DNA from: Schmidtea nova
Taxonomy: Eukaryota
DNA: 64,000 nt
Direction of reading: 5' to 3'
Assembly (NCBI GenBank): GCA_044892505.1
Contig: CM097882.1
Location: 160,518,001 to 160,582,000 of the forward strand
The notes under the pieces are model-generated. The model was given only the letters and a program-made list of their open reading frames with translations. It had not been told where the DNA came from and searched no databases. This document shows, one piece after another, positions 46,048 to 59,033 of the stretch (its first letter is position 1; the number at the start of each line of letters is the position of its first letter). The position numbers and the translations under genes were made by a program.

Positions 46048-49000
46048 CAGTAATCCTTTGAACTGTGGGGTTTCGGAGTTGCGTGTTTTTGTTTTTACCA
46101 CTAAAATTTCGCATTGCGTGGTAAAAGTTTCGCAGCAGCGCGTACATGTTTCTCCATTTCTCTTTTTTCGTACAATATACACATACAATTTAGCGAATCC
46201 CCTTAAATTGTGTGATGTAACTTGTAGTTTTTTCCGCATTTTGTTTTCGAAACTCTTCATTAAAGTGTGGATAATTTACTTTAATTTTTTAATAATTATA
46301 CGTAATACATTGTTGGAGTTAACCGTTGTTTTCTTATTGAAAAAGGAATATTAAAGATAGGAACTGTTTTTATTATTTTAGTGCCATTTTTATTTAAGTG
46401 AGTGTTACACCTACAACAGTTTTTTATTTAAAGTAAAAATTTTTCGTTCTTAAAGATTTAATGTTAAAGCATCTTTTTTTACAGTTTTATTAAATCCCAT
46501 AAAATGAACGAGGCTAGAAAACGAAATATTTTAACATTAAAGGTAAAATTAGCTATTGTTAAAGAAATAGAAAATGGCGAAAAATTATCTGCATTAGCTA
46601 GGAAACATAATTTAAATGAATCAAGCATAAGAAGAATAAAATGAAATGCTGAGAAAATTAAAAGTTTAGTTGCCTGTTCTAAACCATTATCTTCAAAAAC
46701 CACAAAAATAATTTGAAATTCTGTAATAGAGAAGACAGGAAAATTGCTAAACTTTTGGATAGGGGACCGAAATCAAAAAAAGAATGGCAATTAATTCAGA
46801 CATTATTCGTAGTAAAGCATTATTAATTTTTGATTATTTGAAAAAGAAAGAACAGTCTTCATCCAATTCTATAGAGCTTCATTTCTCAGCCTGTAAAGGT
46901 TGGTTTGAAAGGTTTAAACGACGGCAAAATTTACATAATATAAAATTAACGGGGGAAGCGGCTAGTGCTGATACAGTAGCGGCTTCTGCATTTTAAATTT
47001 TTTGAATGATCTAACAGAATGTGGTGAATATCTATCAAAGCAAGTTTTCAATGCCGACGAGACAGGCCTATTTTGGAAACGGATACCGAGTAGAACTTTC
47101 ATATTGAAGGAAGATAAATCTGCTCTTTGTTTCAAGGTTGAAAAAGACTGCTTATGACCCCTTTTATGAGGAAATTCCGCTGGGGATTCTAAGAACAAAG
47201 TACTGTTAGTTTATAAATCTGAAAATCCCCAAGTTTTTAAAAGAATGTCAAAGAGTTCTTTACCAGTCTATTGGAAATCGAATAATAAAACTTGAATGAC
47301 AGGTAAAATTTTCAAAGACTGGTTTTTAAAATGTTTTTGCATAGAAGCTGAGAGTTATTACAAAAGAGAAAACATTTCCCTCAAGATATTGCTAATTCTT
47401 GACAATACACCAAGTCATCTCGCAAATTTGACTGATTTGCATCCAAATGTTAAGGTAATATTCTCCCCCCCCCAAACACGACCTCTTTAATTCAACACAT
47501 GGACCAATGTGTCATTGCTGTATTTAAACTATGTTATCTTAGAAGAACGTTTTTCCAACTAATTGAAACTACAGATTGACCAGATAAACTCTCAATTCGT
47601 CAATATTGGCAACAATATAACAACTTAGATGACATAAAAAATATTAAATTTGCTTGGAATGAGGTAAAGAACGCAACTATGAATGTCGTTTGGAAAGAAA
47701 TATGGTCTGAATGCTGCATCAGAGAAGCAGTTGTGATATGCCAGCACTAGTGGAAATTGTGGAAATGGGTAAAAAGATTTGCGGTAAAGGATTTGATGAT
47801 ATAGGTTCAGAAGATATTTCTGAAGTTATTGAATGTGCTCAAGGAGATCTTTCTGTTAAAGAAATCATAACGTATTTCGCAGATAATAAAGTTAAAAAAG
47901 AAGAAAATGATGATGATGCAGAAATAGTCAAAGAAAAAAATAAGTACCAAAGCACTGGCGGAATTTTAAAAAATTGGCAACCAAATTGGTGAAGAAGCCA
48001 TTAACTTAGACCCTGATGTTGAGCGTGCTTTAATATTCCGCAGACGTTTGATTGAAGCTTTAGTGCCATATAAGAAACTTTATAATTCAAGAGATAAAAG
48101 CAATAACTATTAACAAGTTTTTTTTGCAAAACCCTTGGCGGAAATATCAAATTTATCAGAAGATAGTAGTGAATACAGCAATGAAAGTAAAATGATGTAA
48201 AGAGTTTTTCTTTTACATAAGTATTTTATTAAATGAATTTATAATTTTTATTTATTTTTTGTTTATGTTTAACTTTTATTTATATGTAATGTAACTAGCG
48301 GGGCCGGCTCGAGCTATAGGCGACCTAGGCGGCCGTCTAGGGCGGCAAAATAATGCTATGGTAAAAAATTAAGGCAACCTTTCAAAATATTTTTGTTGCA
48401 AAATTGATCGTTTGTATAATTGTATTTACTTTACTTTGAAATAACCAATTGCGCCATTAGCCATTTAGCTATATTTAATTGTTAACCCTTGCTCTCCTGA
48501 TTGTACCGTCTGTAGACTAGTGTAGACTTCTTTGAGTTCATTCACACTTTTAAACCTATCAAAAATGACCACACTCTGCAGACTGACACATGCTAAACAC
48601 TAATAAAAATATTTCCATACGTGCATGCGCAAATGAGAAAAGGTCTTTGTGATTGCTTGTTTGAAAGTGTGAGTGGTCTATCCGTGTGCTCACTTCAAGT
48701 GAGTCACTTGAAAGAGTGTAAGATATAATACATTTTCAGTCGTGAATTGTTCAATGTACCTCGCTTCATCCTGTCATTCTGTACCATCTGTAGACTATTT
48801 ACTACGTACATACTTCGTCTCTTATGAGTGACGGAAGAAAGAGATTAAGTGTATCAGGTTACAAGAATTTGGCAGACGAAAAGAAAAGGAAACAAGAACT
48901 CGAGATATCCAAGTTACGTAAAATTAATACAATTTTCAAAAAATCCAACAAGCTTACTGCGGATGAAGGACAGTTTGCTGAAATAAAAGGACCCACAGAA

Positions 49001-51879
49001 GATGATACAGCAGCACCCATTGATCCATTATCATTCTTGGAACATACAAAAGAAAATGACACTCTCTCTTTGCAATGCCATTTGACTGTTGAGGTGAAGA
49101 TTGCTAATCATCCAGAAGGTAAGTGGTCCCTATAATATGATCTAGGTAGAATGTTGTATATCATTTAATTGTTTTTATATTACAGACGACCATCAAGAAG
49201 CCGATATTGAGGATCCATCCCAGTGGTTCGCCCTCAACGATGCGTTAAGAATTCAGTTGGTGAAAAGAGGTTCACGACAAATCATGGACGTACAATTTCC
49301 ACTAGATGATAAAGGAAGGAAATTTAGTTCCCATCACTACAAACCAAATCTTGTGAATGGAGAAAGTGTGACACGTTCTTGGCTAGTTTATTCGAAAAGT
49401 AAGAACGTCGTATTCTGTTTCTCGTCTAAACTCTTCACGAAAGAATCGGTGGCAATAACAAACAGTGGTTGTTGTGATTGGAAAAATATGTCCGCTATTC
49501 TCTCAAGTCATGAAGTGTCGCCAACCCACATAAAAGCTTATATGCAATGGAAGGAGTTAGAAGTTCGTTTGCGTACAGAAAATACTATTGATGCAGCCAA
49601 TCAGCGTGTCGTAAAACAAGAAGTCGAACACTGGAGACAAGTATTGGAAAGACTCATCGGACTCGTTAGAGTACACGCAGTTCAAAACTTAGCATTTCGA
49701 GGTTCGTCCGATAAGCTTTTTACGCCCAACAATGATAACTTTCTTCAATTTGTTGAATACTTAGGAAGCTTTGATCCTGTAATGAAAGAACACATCCGGC
49801 GCATCAAAAGTGATGAAGTTCATGTGCACTATGCGGGCAAGAATATTCAAAATGAAGTCATTGGATTGTTGGCAAAAAGGTGAGAGACGAAATTCTTAGT
49901 GAAGCCAAAAATGCAAAATACTTCTCAATAATCTTTGATTGTACATCTGACGTTAGTCATGTTGAACAAATAACTTTTGTGATTCGATTTGTGTCCTTGT
50001 GCGAAGCTCAAGAAGAACGTGTTGTAAATTTTGCTGTTCACGAACATTTTCTGTAATATGAGGTTGCATCTAATACAACTGGGGCTGGAATGACGAATTT
50101 AATTGTGAAGAAGATCGAGGAAATGGGCTTTGTTTTGACTAATCTCAGACGGCAAGGTTACGACAACGGCTCTAACATGAAAGGAAAGCATAATGGCGTA
50201 CAGAAGAAAATTCTTGATTTAAATCCTCGAGCATTTTATATCCCTTACACTGTTCATTCACTGAACCTTGTCGTCAACGATGCTGCACATTCCTGCACAG
50301 AAGCTGTCAAATCTTTTGGAGTCGTACAGGCGGTGTAAGTGTTTTTTTCTGCGTCCACACATTGCTGGAAGGTTCTCATGAATAATGTGTCGGGTCTAAC
50401 TGTCAAACCTCTCAGTGAAACGAGGTGGTCAAGTAGAGTAAATGCCGTTCGTGTTTTACGTTATCAAATTCGAGAAGTCTAGGATGCCCTTGTCTCCATT
50501 ATCGAAGATACGACTCTAACTGGAGTGACTGCCTCACAAACTCGTGCAGATGGTCAAGGAATTGCATTTCAGCTGAGTTGCTTCAAATTTGTTGTTAGTG
50601 TGGTCGTTTGGTATAACATCCTTTACGAGGTCAACTTTGCGAACAAACTGCTTCAATCTCAATCTGTCGACATGTCCGAAGCTGTCACTCAGCTGAATAA
50701 AACCATTCAATATCTCGTAAACTATCGCTCTGACGACAGCTTTCTCAAAACTCTTGAAGAGGCAGAAGACTAAGCAAAAGATCTGGAGATAGACCCAACA
50801 TTTCCTGGTGTGACGCGAGTTCTGGATCGTACGAAAAAACGAATGTTTCAGTATGAAGCGGCTGATGATCAAATATCAGATCCAAGACAGTCGTTCAAGT
50901 GTCATTTTTTCTTCGTGGTGTTAGACGCTGCTATCAACTCTATGGAAGAGCGCTTCACGCTCTTGAATGCTCATCACACACTGTTTGGGTTTCTCAGTTG
51001 TATTGGAGGAGACTATCAGTCCGCCACCTTTCTTGAAAAATGCCGATCATTAGAAAAAGCTCTGACTGACGACAGTGACAACGACATTGATGTCCTCCGT
51101 CTTTTTGAAGAAATAAAATGCCTACAACATCGAATTCAAGAGAGAAAAACACCAAAGCAGTTGCTTGAATTTATCTTTGCTAATCAACTGTGCAGTGTAT
51201 TACCAAATTTGTCTGTGGCTTTGTGCATCATGCTTACTATCCTAGTATCTGTTGCAGCAGGAGAATCCAGCTTCTCAAAACTGAAAATAATAAAGAATTA
51301 CTTGCGACCTACAATGGCAGAAGATCATTTATCGGGCTTGGCTATTCTCTCCATTGAGAAAGAAATGGCTTCCAAGGTGGACATCGGCGAACTTGCTCGG
51401 AAATTTGCCTCAATAAAAATAAGGCACATTCCATTCTTTTCTGATTGAACTATTGTCTGTACGGTTTGTCTGTATTTCAACAATTACATCGCACACATTC
51501 TCTGACCATGTATTTTTTCAGTAGACGGTGTAGAATAAATAGAATTGTAGACGGGCAGTAGAAAAGATAATTACAACAACAAATATTAAGAGAAACATGA
51601 AAGATGAACGCACAGTGATTTAAACAATCCAAAATGAACTTTACATATAGGCTATAGGGCGGCAAATTTGCGTTTTGCCTAGGGCGGCAAAAACCCACCA
51701 GCCGGCCACGGTAACTAGTCACTGAATAAATACTTTATTTGAACTATGTACTTACTTATAATTAATTTTTTATGAGAAATTTAAAATTTGGAACGTATTT
51801 TCCAAATTTAATACAAAAGTGGGTTCACAGTGCGCGGTTTCGGTTTGCGCGCTGTTTTTTTCAGAACGAGGGATTACCG
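46048..51879 (+). mobile_element. pogo/Tigger transposon, degenerate transposase about 46504-48198, with a hAT inserted near its 3' end
   Basis: CENP-B HTH (RKRNILTLKVKLAIVKEIENG), FSACKGWFERFKRR, VFNADETGLFWK, ILLILDNTPSH. Termini CAGTAATCC / GGATTACCG. Confidence 0.88.
48299..51710 (+). mobile_element. hAT transposon (ZMYM-like/TTF-zinc finger and hAT dimerisation domains), disrupted transposase about 48824-51448
   Basis: TIR cggggccggct / agccggccacg. TSD GTAACTAG (48291-48298, 51711-51718). RSWLVYSKSKNVVFCF, LAFRG, QGYDNGSNMKG, ETRWSSR, ESSFSKLKIIKNYLR. Confidence 0.95.
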
Positions 51880-52504
51880 TGTTAATTTTTGAATGAGTTT
51901 CACTATTTTTGTATAAGATCTAAAAGTCAGATTTTTATTAATAAAGACATAATAAATATTTTATTTCAAAGTTTATTATAACATGATACAAATGAAAGCG
52001 TTTATCAAAATTGTCGAATATAATTAGGAAATTGATCAGAAGTATATCTTTGATCAACTGAGTAGGGGAATTAGATGAAATGTGAATTTGATGTTTTTAA
52101 AAAAATGAATTATAATTGTAATTGATATTTTAAAAGCAATCGCATCAACTTTGCGCTTTATAAATATAATTAAAGAGGAAATTTTATGTTGAACTGCAAC
52201 TGTAAATTCTAATTGTAATTTTAAATGAAACATGTTTAATTAATTTGAGCCTCGTCAATATTTTGCAGTTTAAAAATCGTACTCAAACGATTCCATAAAT
52301 AATATCCTAATGTTTATAAATCAGCGTTTCCCAACCCTTTTACGATTATCGCCCATTTCCAATTGAAAAATATTCAAATTGTCTGCTAGTGGGCGATATC
52401 GCCCAGGTTGGGAAACACTAGGGTAGAGTAGATTTAACTACATGTAAGGTGATTTGTGTGCGTCATATATTGTTATACTATAAATATTGACAAATTGAGG
52501 GCAG

Positions 52505-52507
<3 letters not shown>

Positions 52508-52580
<73 letters not shown>
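52508..52580. repeat. (TA)n microsatellite
   Basis: Direct reading. Confidence 0.95.
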
Positions 52581-52582
<2 letters not shown>

Positions 52583-53211
52583 TATTCCGACAATCCGCCA
52601 AAACGACAATCCAGCAAGTACGACAATTCGCCAAACGACAATCCGCCAAATTACAATCCGCCAACAGACAATCTGCCAACACGACAATCCGCCAACACTA
52701 AAAAATTGGTGTGAAAACAATGTCGGAATAAAACTTTTAAAACTTGGTCTCTGTTCCGGTTCACTGTTCAATTGTAAATGTAATATTAATTTAAAACTAT
52801 AACATTGCAGAATTTTTTAATTAAGTTTAAGTAATTTTAATATTAACTCGCAAAATGTTAATTAATTATTTGTTGCAATTAAATTGAAAATTAATATTTA
52901 CCTCTCAGCCAGTTAAATTGTTTAAATATTTAATTAAAATTTTATATTAAACAATTACTAGTTGATTCTTATCTTTCAGCGGAGAATTTATTATTAAAAT
53001 TTTAAAAATATAATAAATTTAAAATGTATGTATGTTAAAACAAAAATTTATCGACTTTTTGGCAGGTTTTCGCTTTGGCGGATTGTCGCTTTGGTGGATT
53101 GTCGCTTTGTACTATTTGGCGGATTGTCATTTGGCGAATTGTCGTTTGGCGGATTGTCGCCAGCCTATTAATGATTTGGCGGATTGTCGTTTGGCGGATT
53201 GTCGTACAACC
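52581..53211. mobile_element. Foldback-type MITE with tandem acgacaatccgccaa subrepeats, flanked on both sides by (TA)n
   Basis: Left array 52588-52700 is inverted relative to the right array 53070-53205. Confidence 0.8.
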
Positions 53212-53344
53212 ATATATATATATATATATATATAAATTGGATTTATTTTTTAAATGTTAAATTTTTAAATCTTTTTAATAATGTTTTTCAAATATAAAAA
53301 ATAAAAGTGCCAAATAGATATCGAAGGAAATATTTTTTTTGAAT

Positions 53345-55160
53345 TGTTGAGGATAACCAAATAATAAAAATTAAATAATATTATAAAATAAATAAAAATG
53401 ATTGGAGAAAAATGGATAGAATAAATGATGTGTTGCTTTGGAATTTTGAGAAGAAGGAATGAAAAGAAAAAATTGCGAAAAGGAAGGAGAATAGTAAAAT
53501 AAAGGAAATTAAACAATAAAATTAAAGAAAGGTTATTGTTAATCAAGAAGCACTAATTGCTAAAAAGGAATTTAAAAATCTAAATTTAAATCAGAAGGGA
53601 AGTTAATATCTTGACAGCTCGTCCGAGATAACGAAAGTGCAATGGAAAGAATTGGATAAAGAAAAATTGAGGTAAATAAAAGTTTATTTATCTCGACAGC
53701 TCTTAGAGATAATAAACGAATCTTGGAGAAAAAATGAAGTGTTCTGGAGATAAAATATCGGAGGGGGAGTTATCTTAAGTATTGTTGGGTTATTAGTGTG
53801 AAGTCAGTAGTTTCTGACTCCTGTGTTCTCTTTCAATTACAAAATGAACAAAACCCAACACAATAACTTTCTTTATTTTTAAAATGATCACAACTCTTTT
53901 TATCACAAAAAGTTACTCAGGCTCTGCACTCTTCGCGTGACGGTAGAACACCCAATGGGATATCTCCCTCTATGGTACGCAAAAGATTAAGTTCAAATTC
54001 TACCTTTGATTTCCTTTCAACGTCTCCTCCAAATATCTTCTAACGGTTTGAGATTCACTTTACTCCTAAAATTTATCTTCGACCAACTGGCAATTTCGGC
54101 ACTTTGCTCTCCGTTTTTATACCATCTTTGTGTTGCCATTCTGTCGGTGTAATTGGATATCGTCAAAAATCAAACTAATCAAATCTGCTCGGTTGTAATC
54201 GGATCTGATTAGCCCTGCTTCGTCGTAATTGGATCTTTGCCGTTAATGGTTTTTCCGGCTCTCCCCAGGGCATTCAATTTAATTCGATAGTTTAATGACC
54301 TCGCTGATGTCCCGGGTTTCCCACATCGCTTGGATCTCCTACTAGCTCGGGTTTCCCATTCGCTCGGGTCTCCCATTAGCTCGGGTTTCCCATTAGCTCG
54401 GGCTTCCTATAGAATAATTAATTATTTTAATTAATTTGTATTTTCTAATTATTTCCGTCTGGGGCCACTTTTTATTTTTATATACATATTTTCGAATTTG
54501 TCTCATCATTTGGCATCCTCCCATACCTTGTCCCCCCGCTCAAACTTTATTTTAATTTTTTAATTAATTTTTAATTAATGTTTGATCATTAATTATTATT
54601 TTTAAAATTTTGTATTTTTATTGATTTGTGCAATTTTAAATATATTTTCTGTGATTTTAACAACCCCAACAGTATCAAGGAATGGCAAAGTATAAAATGG
54701 AAAAAACACGAGAAATGAAAGAGAAGAGGAATTCGAGAAATTTATGATGAGATTTATTGAGTCAATATAGAGGTGAAATATTCTAAAAAGTTGTATTAAA
54801 GGAAAACTAAAAAATATTTGAATTAAACGTAGCAAAACAAGAAACAATTAAATAAGAAAGAAACAGAAGTCTATAGAGAAAATTACCCGTCAAAATACAA
54901 AAAATCGATTTGCTAATTATGGAATCAGAGGTAGCAGTGATTGATAGTTAATTCAAGGTGTTATACAAGTAAAGCTATTCTTCAGGTAATTTCGTAATAA
55001 GTATTGTAATATGAATAGGTAGTGTCCTTTTAATTTGTGTACTCGTCTGTGATAATCGCTAAATGTTTATATTGTCAAAAATTTGTTATTTTGTTTGGTA
55101 AATATAGCACGCTTCGAGTCAAATACTTAATTGATAATTTTATACTTCACCAAAAAAACA
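53345..55160 (-). repeat. Family B LTR-like copy interrupted by a family A solo LTR
   Basis: Starts tgttgaggata (reverse of the 45957 end). The distal part matches 44965-45250. Flanks GAAT / AAAT. Confidence 0.6.
53783..54671 (+). mobile_element. Solo LTR, family A
   Basis: TGTTGGG...CCCAACA ends and 4-bp TSD GTAT on both sides. Confidence 0.9.
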
Positions 55161-55439
55161 AAATTTGATATTATAAAATTAATGATTGTTACTTTATTGA
55201 TTTTAATGATTTTGAAGTAGAAAATGATTTTATTATTAAAGAATTATGCATAATTAAAGTTGACAAGATTTTAAAACCAATATTAATCAATCAAATAACG
55301 ATGATAATGGTTTGAAATGGTATGAAGGAGTACCATTTTGTGAAGAATGTCTTCCAAGCGTTAGGTGTTAATTTCAAAACAGCTATTTTTTATGTTACTG
55401 TTAAGGATACGTAAATAATAAATTAAATATTTTCACAAA

Positions 55440-56030
55440 TAGATAAAAATGATTGGAGGAAAATGGGCAGGATAAATGACGTGATGTTTTGAAATTTGCA
55501 GAAGGAGGAATGAAAAGCAATAATTGAGAAATGCAAAGATGGTAGCGAAATAAAATAAACCGAACAATTAGTCAGAAAAGGTCATTCCTAATTTTGAAGC
55601 ACAAAAATGGAAAAGGAATTTCGAAATCGAAAACCAAAAACAAGAAGAAAAATTATATCTTGACAGATGAAAAACAAAATTTATCTCGAGAGCCAGAAAA
55701 TGACGAGCTATAAGGGAAGAAAGCCACAGTAGTTGAACAAAAGTTTGGATTGAGAAGTTTAGAGTGGCAAAAAAATTAAAAGCTTGGATAAATTACATAG
55801 AATAAATTATATAATTTGAAAATTTTTATTGAGAAGATAAAGAGAACTAAGTAAACAAGAATTAGAAAAGAGTCAAAGTATATTGAATAAAGTAGAAAGT
55901 CAAAGCATGAAAACAACCGAAATCTTTTGCCAATAATTGAATCTAAATCAGTGGTCAGTGATTGTTGTATTCTATGTATTATACATTAGGGCTATTCCTC
56001 ACGATGTATTGTAATAAGGGTCAAAATTTT
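55440..56030 (-). repeat. Partial family B LTR-like copy
   Basis: Similar to 53390-53700 and to the reverse complement of 45150-45960 (aatctaaatcagt..gctattcctcac). Confidence 0.55.
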
Positions 56031-56289
56031 GTAACATCCTGGCGACACAAACTAAACGGACAAGATCCTTTGAAGCATGGTGTTTAATTAATCGTTTCAT
56101 TATAAATTGTGAAGTGTGGAGCCGGGAACAAAGACATAATGACTCAACCCTCCGGGGGAATAAAAATTTTCTTTATGACTCATCGGTATGACTCATTTCA
56201 AATTCAAATTTTAAATTTGAATGTCCAAAGGTTAAATAAGGTCAAACCTTCAAACAAGGGTATCATTCAAAATGTCTTGGAGATGTTTA

Positions 56290-56842
56290 TACAATGGTCA
56301 TACTCTCGAAGGTTTGTGGAGGGTACTGAACCTTCAAAGGGTCTAAAACCTTCAAATGTTTTCAAACCTTATTATATATATATGTCATTCGAAAGGTATT
56401 TGAGAGGTAAGTATGATAGTCATACCTTTGAAGGTCTATGGTGGGTGCTTGACCCTCAAAGGGTGCAAAACCTTTAAAAAATTTAAACCTTACAACTTAT
56501 TTATCATCCAAATGGTATTTGTGAGATGTATATGATGTTCATACCCTCGAAGGTTTATGGTGGGTGAATAACCTTTAATGGGTTTCCAAACTTAAAAGTT
56601 TTTTAAACCTTGCAAGTTATATATCATTCAAAAGGAATTTTAATGGTAAGTATGATGGTCATACCCTTGAAAGGTCCAAAGTTCAAAAAATAGAAAACCT
56701 GATAATATACATATCAAACAAAAGGTATTTGAAGGGTGGGTATGATGATAATACTTTCGAAGGTTAATGGAGGGTGCTGAACCTTCAAAACTTTAAAAAC
56801 CTTCAAGGGGTCTAAAATCTTTAAAACTATATAGTATATGTA

Positions 56843-56898
<56 letters not shown>

Positions 56899-56970
56899 AA
56901 GTAAAGGTAATTCAAAGGTGAGTATAATGGTCATATTCTCGAAGGGTCCAAGGTTAAAATTTTTAAACTA
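56290..56970. repeat. Diverged minisatellite of about 120 bp (about 6 units), with (TA)n at about 56845-56896
   Basis: Recurrent catac.ctcgaaggt.t.tgg.ggg...aaacctt...aaaggtattt...gtatgat. Confidence 0.8.
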
Positions 56971-57396
56971 TATAATATGTATAGCAAGCAAAAGTGTATT
57001 AAAAAGGTAATTAAAAGGTAAAAGGTATATGTGTTTGAAAATTTTTCTACCACTATTTTAAAGATTTTCTTACCCCAATTTAAACAAAGACATTGCAATA
57101 CAGATGCAACTTAAAAAAGACATTTCATTGCAGATGCAACTTAACAAAGGCATTGTAATGTCTGTGCAAGCCAAATTAATAAAGAATTGTCACACAAAAT
57201 AACTNNNNNNNNNNNNNNNNNNNNNNNNNNNNNNNNNNNNNNNNNNNNNNNNNNNNNNNNNNNNNNNNNNNNNNNNNNNNNNNNNNNNNNNNNNNNNNNN
57301 NNNNNNNNNNNNNNNNNNNNNNNNNNNNNNNNNNNNNNNNNNNNNNNNNNNNNNNNNNNNNNNNNNNNNNNNNNNNNNNNNNNNNNNNNNNNNNNN

Positions 57397-59033
57397 AATA
57401 TATATTTTGCACAATATATTTCGAGAACTTAATTCTCTTCATCAGGTGCTACCCAATCTACATTCAAATATAAATCAAATAAATCGATTTTTTCGAACAA
57501 ATTAGTATTAATTTTTAAAATAAAATATATATTTTAAATTCTATTATAGTCAAAAAATTTATATCGATTAAAAATTTTTTTAAATTTAAATAAATTAATC
57601 TTAAAAATATAATATTCTTTTATTTTTATACAAAAAAATATTTTTTTTAAGAATATCTTATAAATATTTTCATATTTATAAACAACAGAATGATTGAAAA
57701 CGAAATCCACAATCCCCAATTGAAAATTGATCATTCTGTTGTTTATAAATATGAAAATATTTATAAGATATTCTTAAAAAAAATATATTTTTTTGTATAA
57801 AAATAAAAGAATATTATATTTTTAAGATTAATTTATTTAAATTTAAAAAAACTTTTTAATCGATATAAATTTTTTGACTATAATAAAATTTTAAATATAT
57901 ATTTTATTTTAAAAATTAATACTAATTTGTTCGAAAAAATAGATTTATTTGATTTATATTTGAATGAATTGGGTAGCACCTGATGAAGAGAATTAAGTTC
58001 TCGAAATATATTGTGCAAAATATATATTTGGATTGGCGTTCGTTTTTAATTATTTTAGTGCCATGCTTGTTGTGTTATATATTAAAGAAAGATAATAATC
58101 CGTCAGTTGTTCCAGTATTCTGTGAATGTTTGTCTAGGAAAATGTTTGTATTTAATTTTTATAATTCTAAATGTATAGAGTTTTATATTGTCAAATTAGT
58201 ATTTCGATTTAATGATGAGGTTTACACGCGTGCTGATTCCTTCTCTTATTCTATTGTTTATGAATTAATTGATGTGATTGTTGGCGATTCTAGGTTTTCT
58301 GTATTGTTCTTTGCTCTGTTCTCGTTTATATTTTCAAACGTCATGGGTGAAATGCCACATACATTGGAAAAGACTGCCCGTCTTCTCTGTATTCGAGTTT
58401 CAGAGCGGAGTCAATTAATGGGATTTAGCGTTGTTTTCAGTCATATCGTTGTTTGTGAATATGTGAGTGTGAGAATTTTGAGTCCGTGTGTTTGCCTCAT
58501 TTTTTGCGGTTTAAGTAAATTAACTGATGTGGTTGTTGATGATGTTTATTTTCTTCTTTTGATTTGTGTTCTATACTCGTTTAATTTTTCAAATGTCATG
58601 GGCGTAATGCCACATACTTTGGACAAGACTGACCGTCTTTTCTGTACTCGAGTTTTAGAGCATTTTCAATTGGGGATTGTGGATTTCGTTTTCAATCATT
58701 CTGTTGTTTATAAATATGAAAATATTTATAAGATATTCTTAAAAAAAATATTTTTTTGTATAAAAATAAAAGAATATTATATTTTTAAGATTAATTTATT
58801 TAAATTAAAAAAAAATTTTTAATCGATATAAATTTTTTGACTATAATAGAATTTAAAATATAGATTTTATTTTAAAAATTAATACTAATTTGTTCGAAAA
58901 AATCGATTTATTTGATTTATATTTGAATGTAGATTGGGTAGCACCTGATGAAGAGAATTAAGTTCTCGAAATATATTGTGCAAAATATATATTTAGATTG
59001 GCGTTCGTTTTTAATTATTTTAGTGCCATGCTT
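57397..59033. repeat. Tandem about 960-bp repeat with a fold-back: 57397-57690 is inverted against 57728-58020
   Basis: 57728-58040 recurs at about 58690-59033. The first arm is its reverse complement, with a spacer of about 36 bp. Confidence 0.85.

Noticed and set aside
52322-52420. 99-bp element with cagcgtttcccaacc / ggttgggaaacacta hAT-like ends
   Set aside because: The 8-bp flanks do not match (TTATAAAT vs GGGTAGAG); too weak to call.
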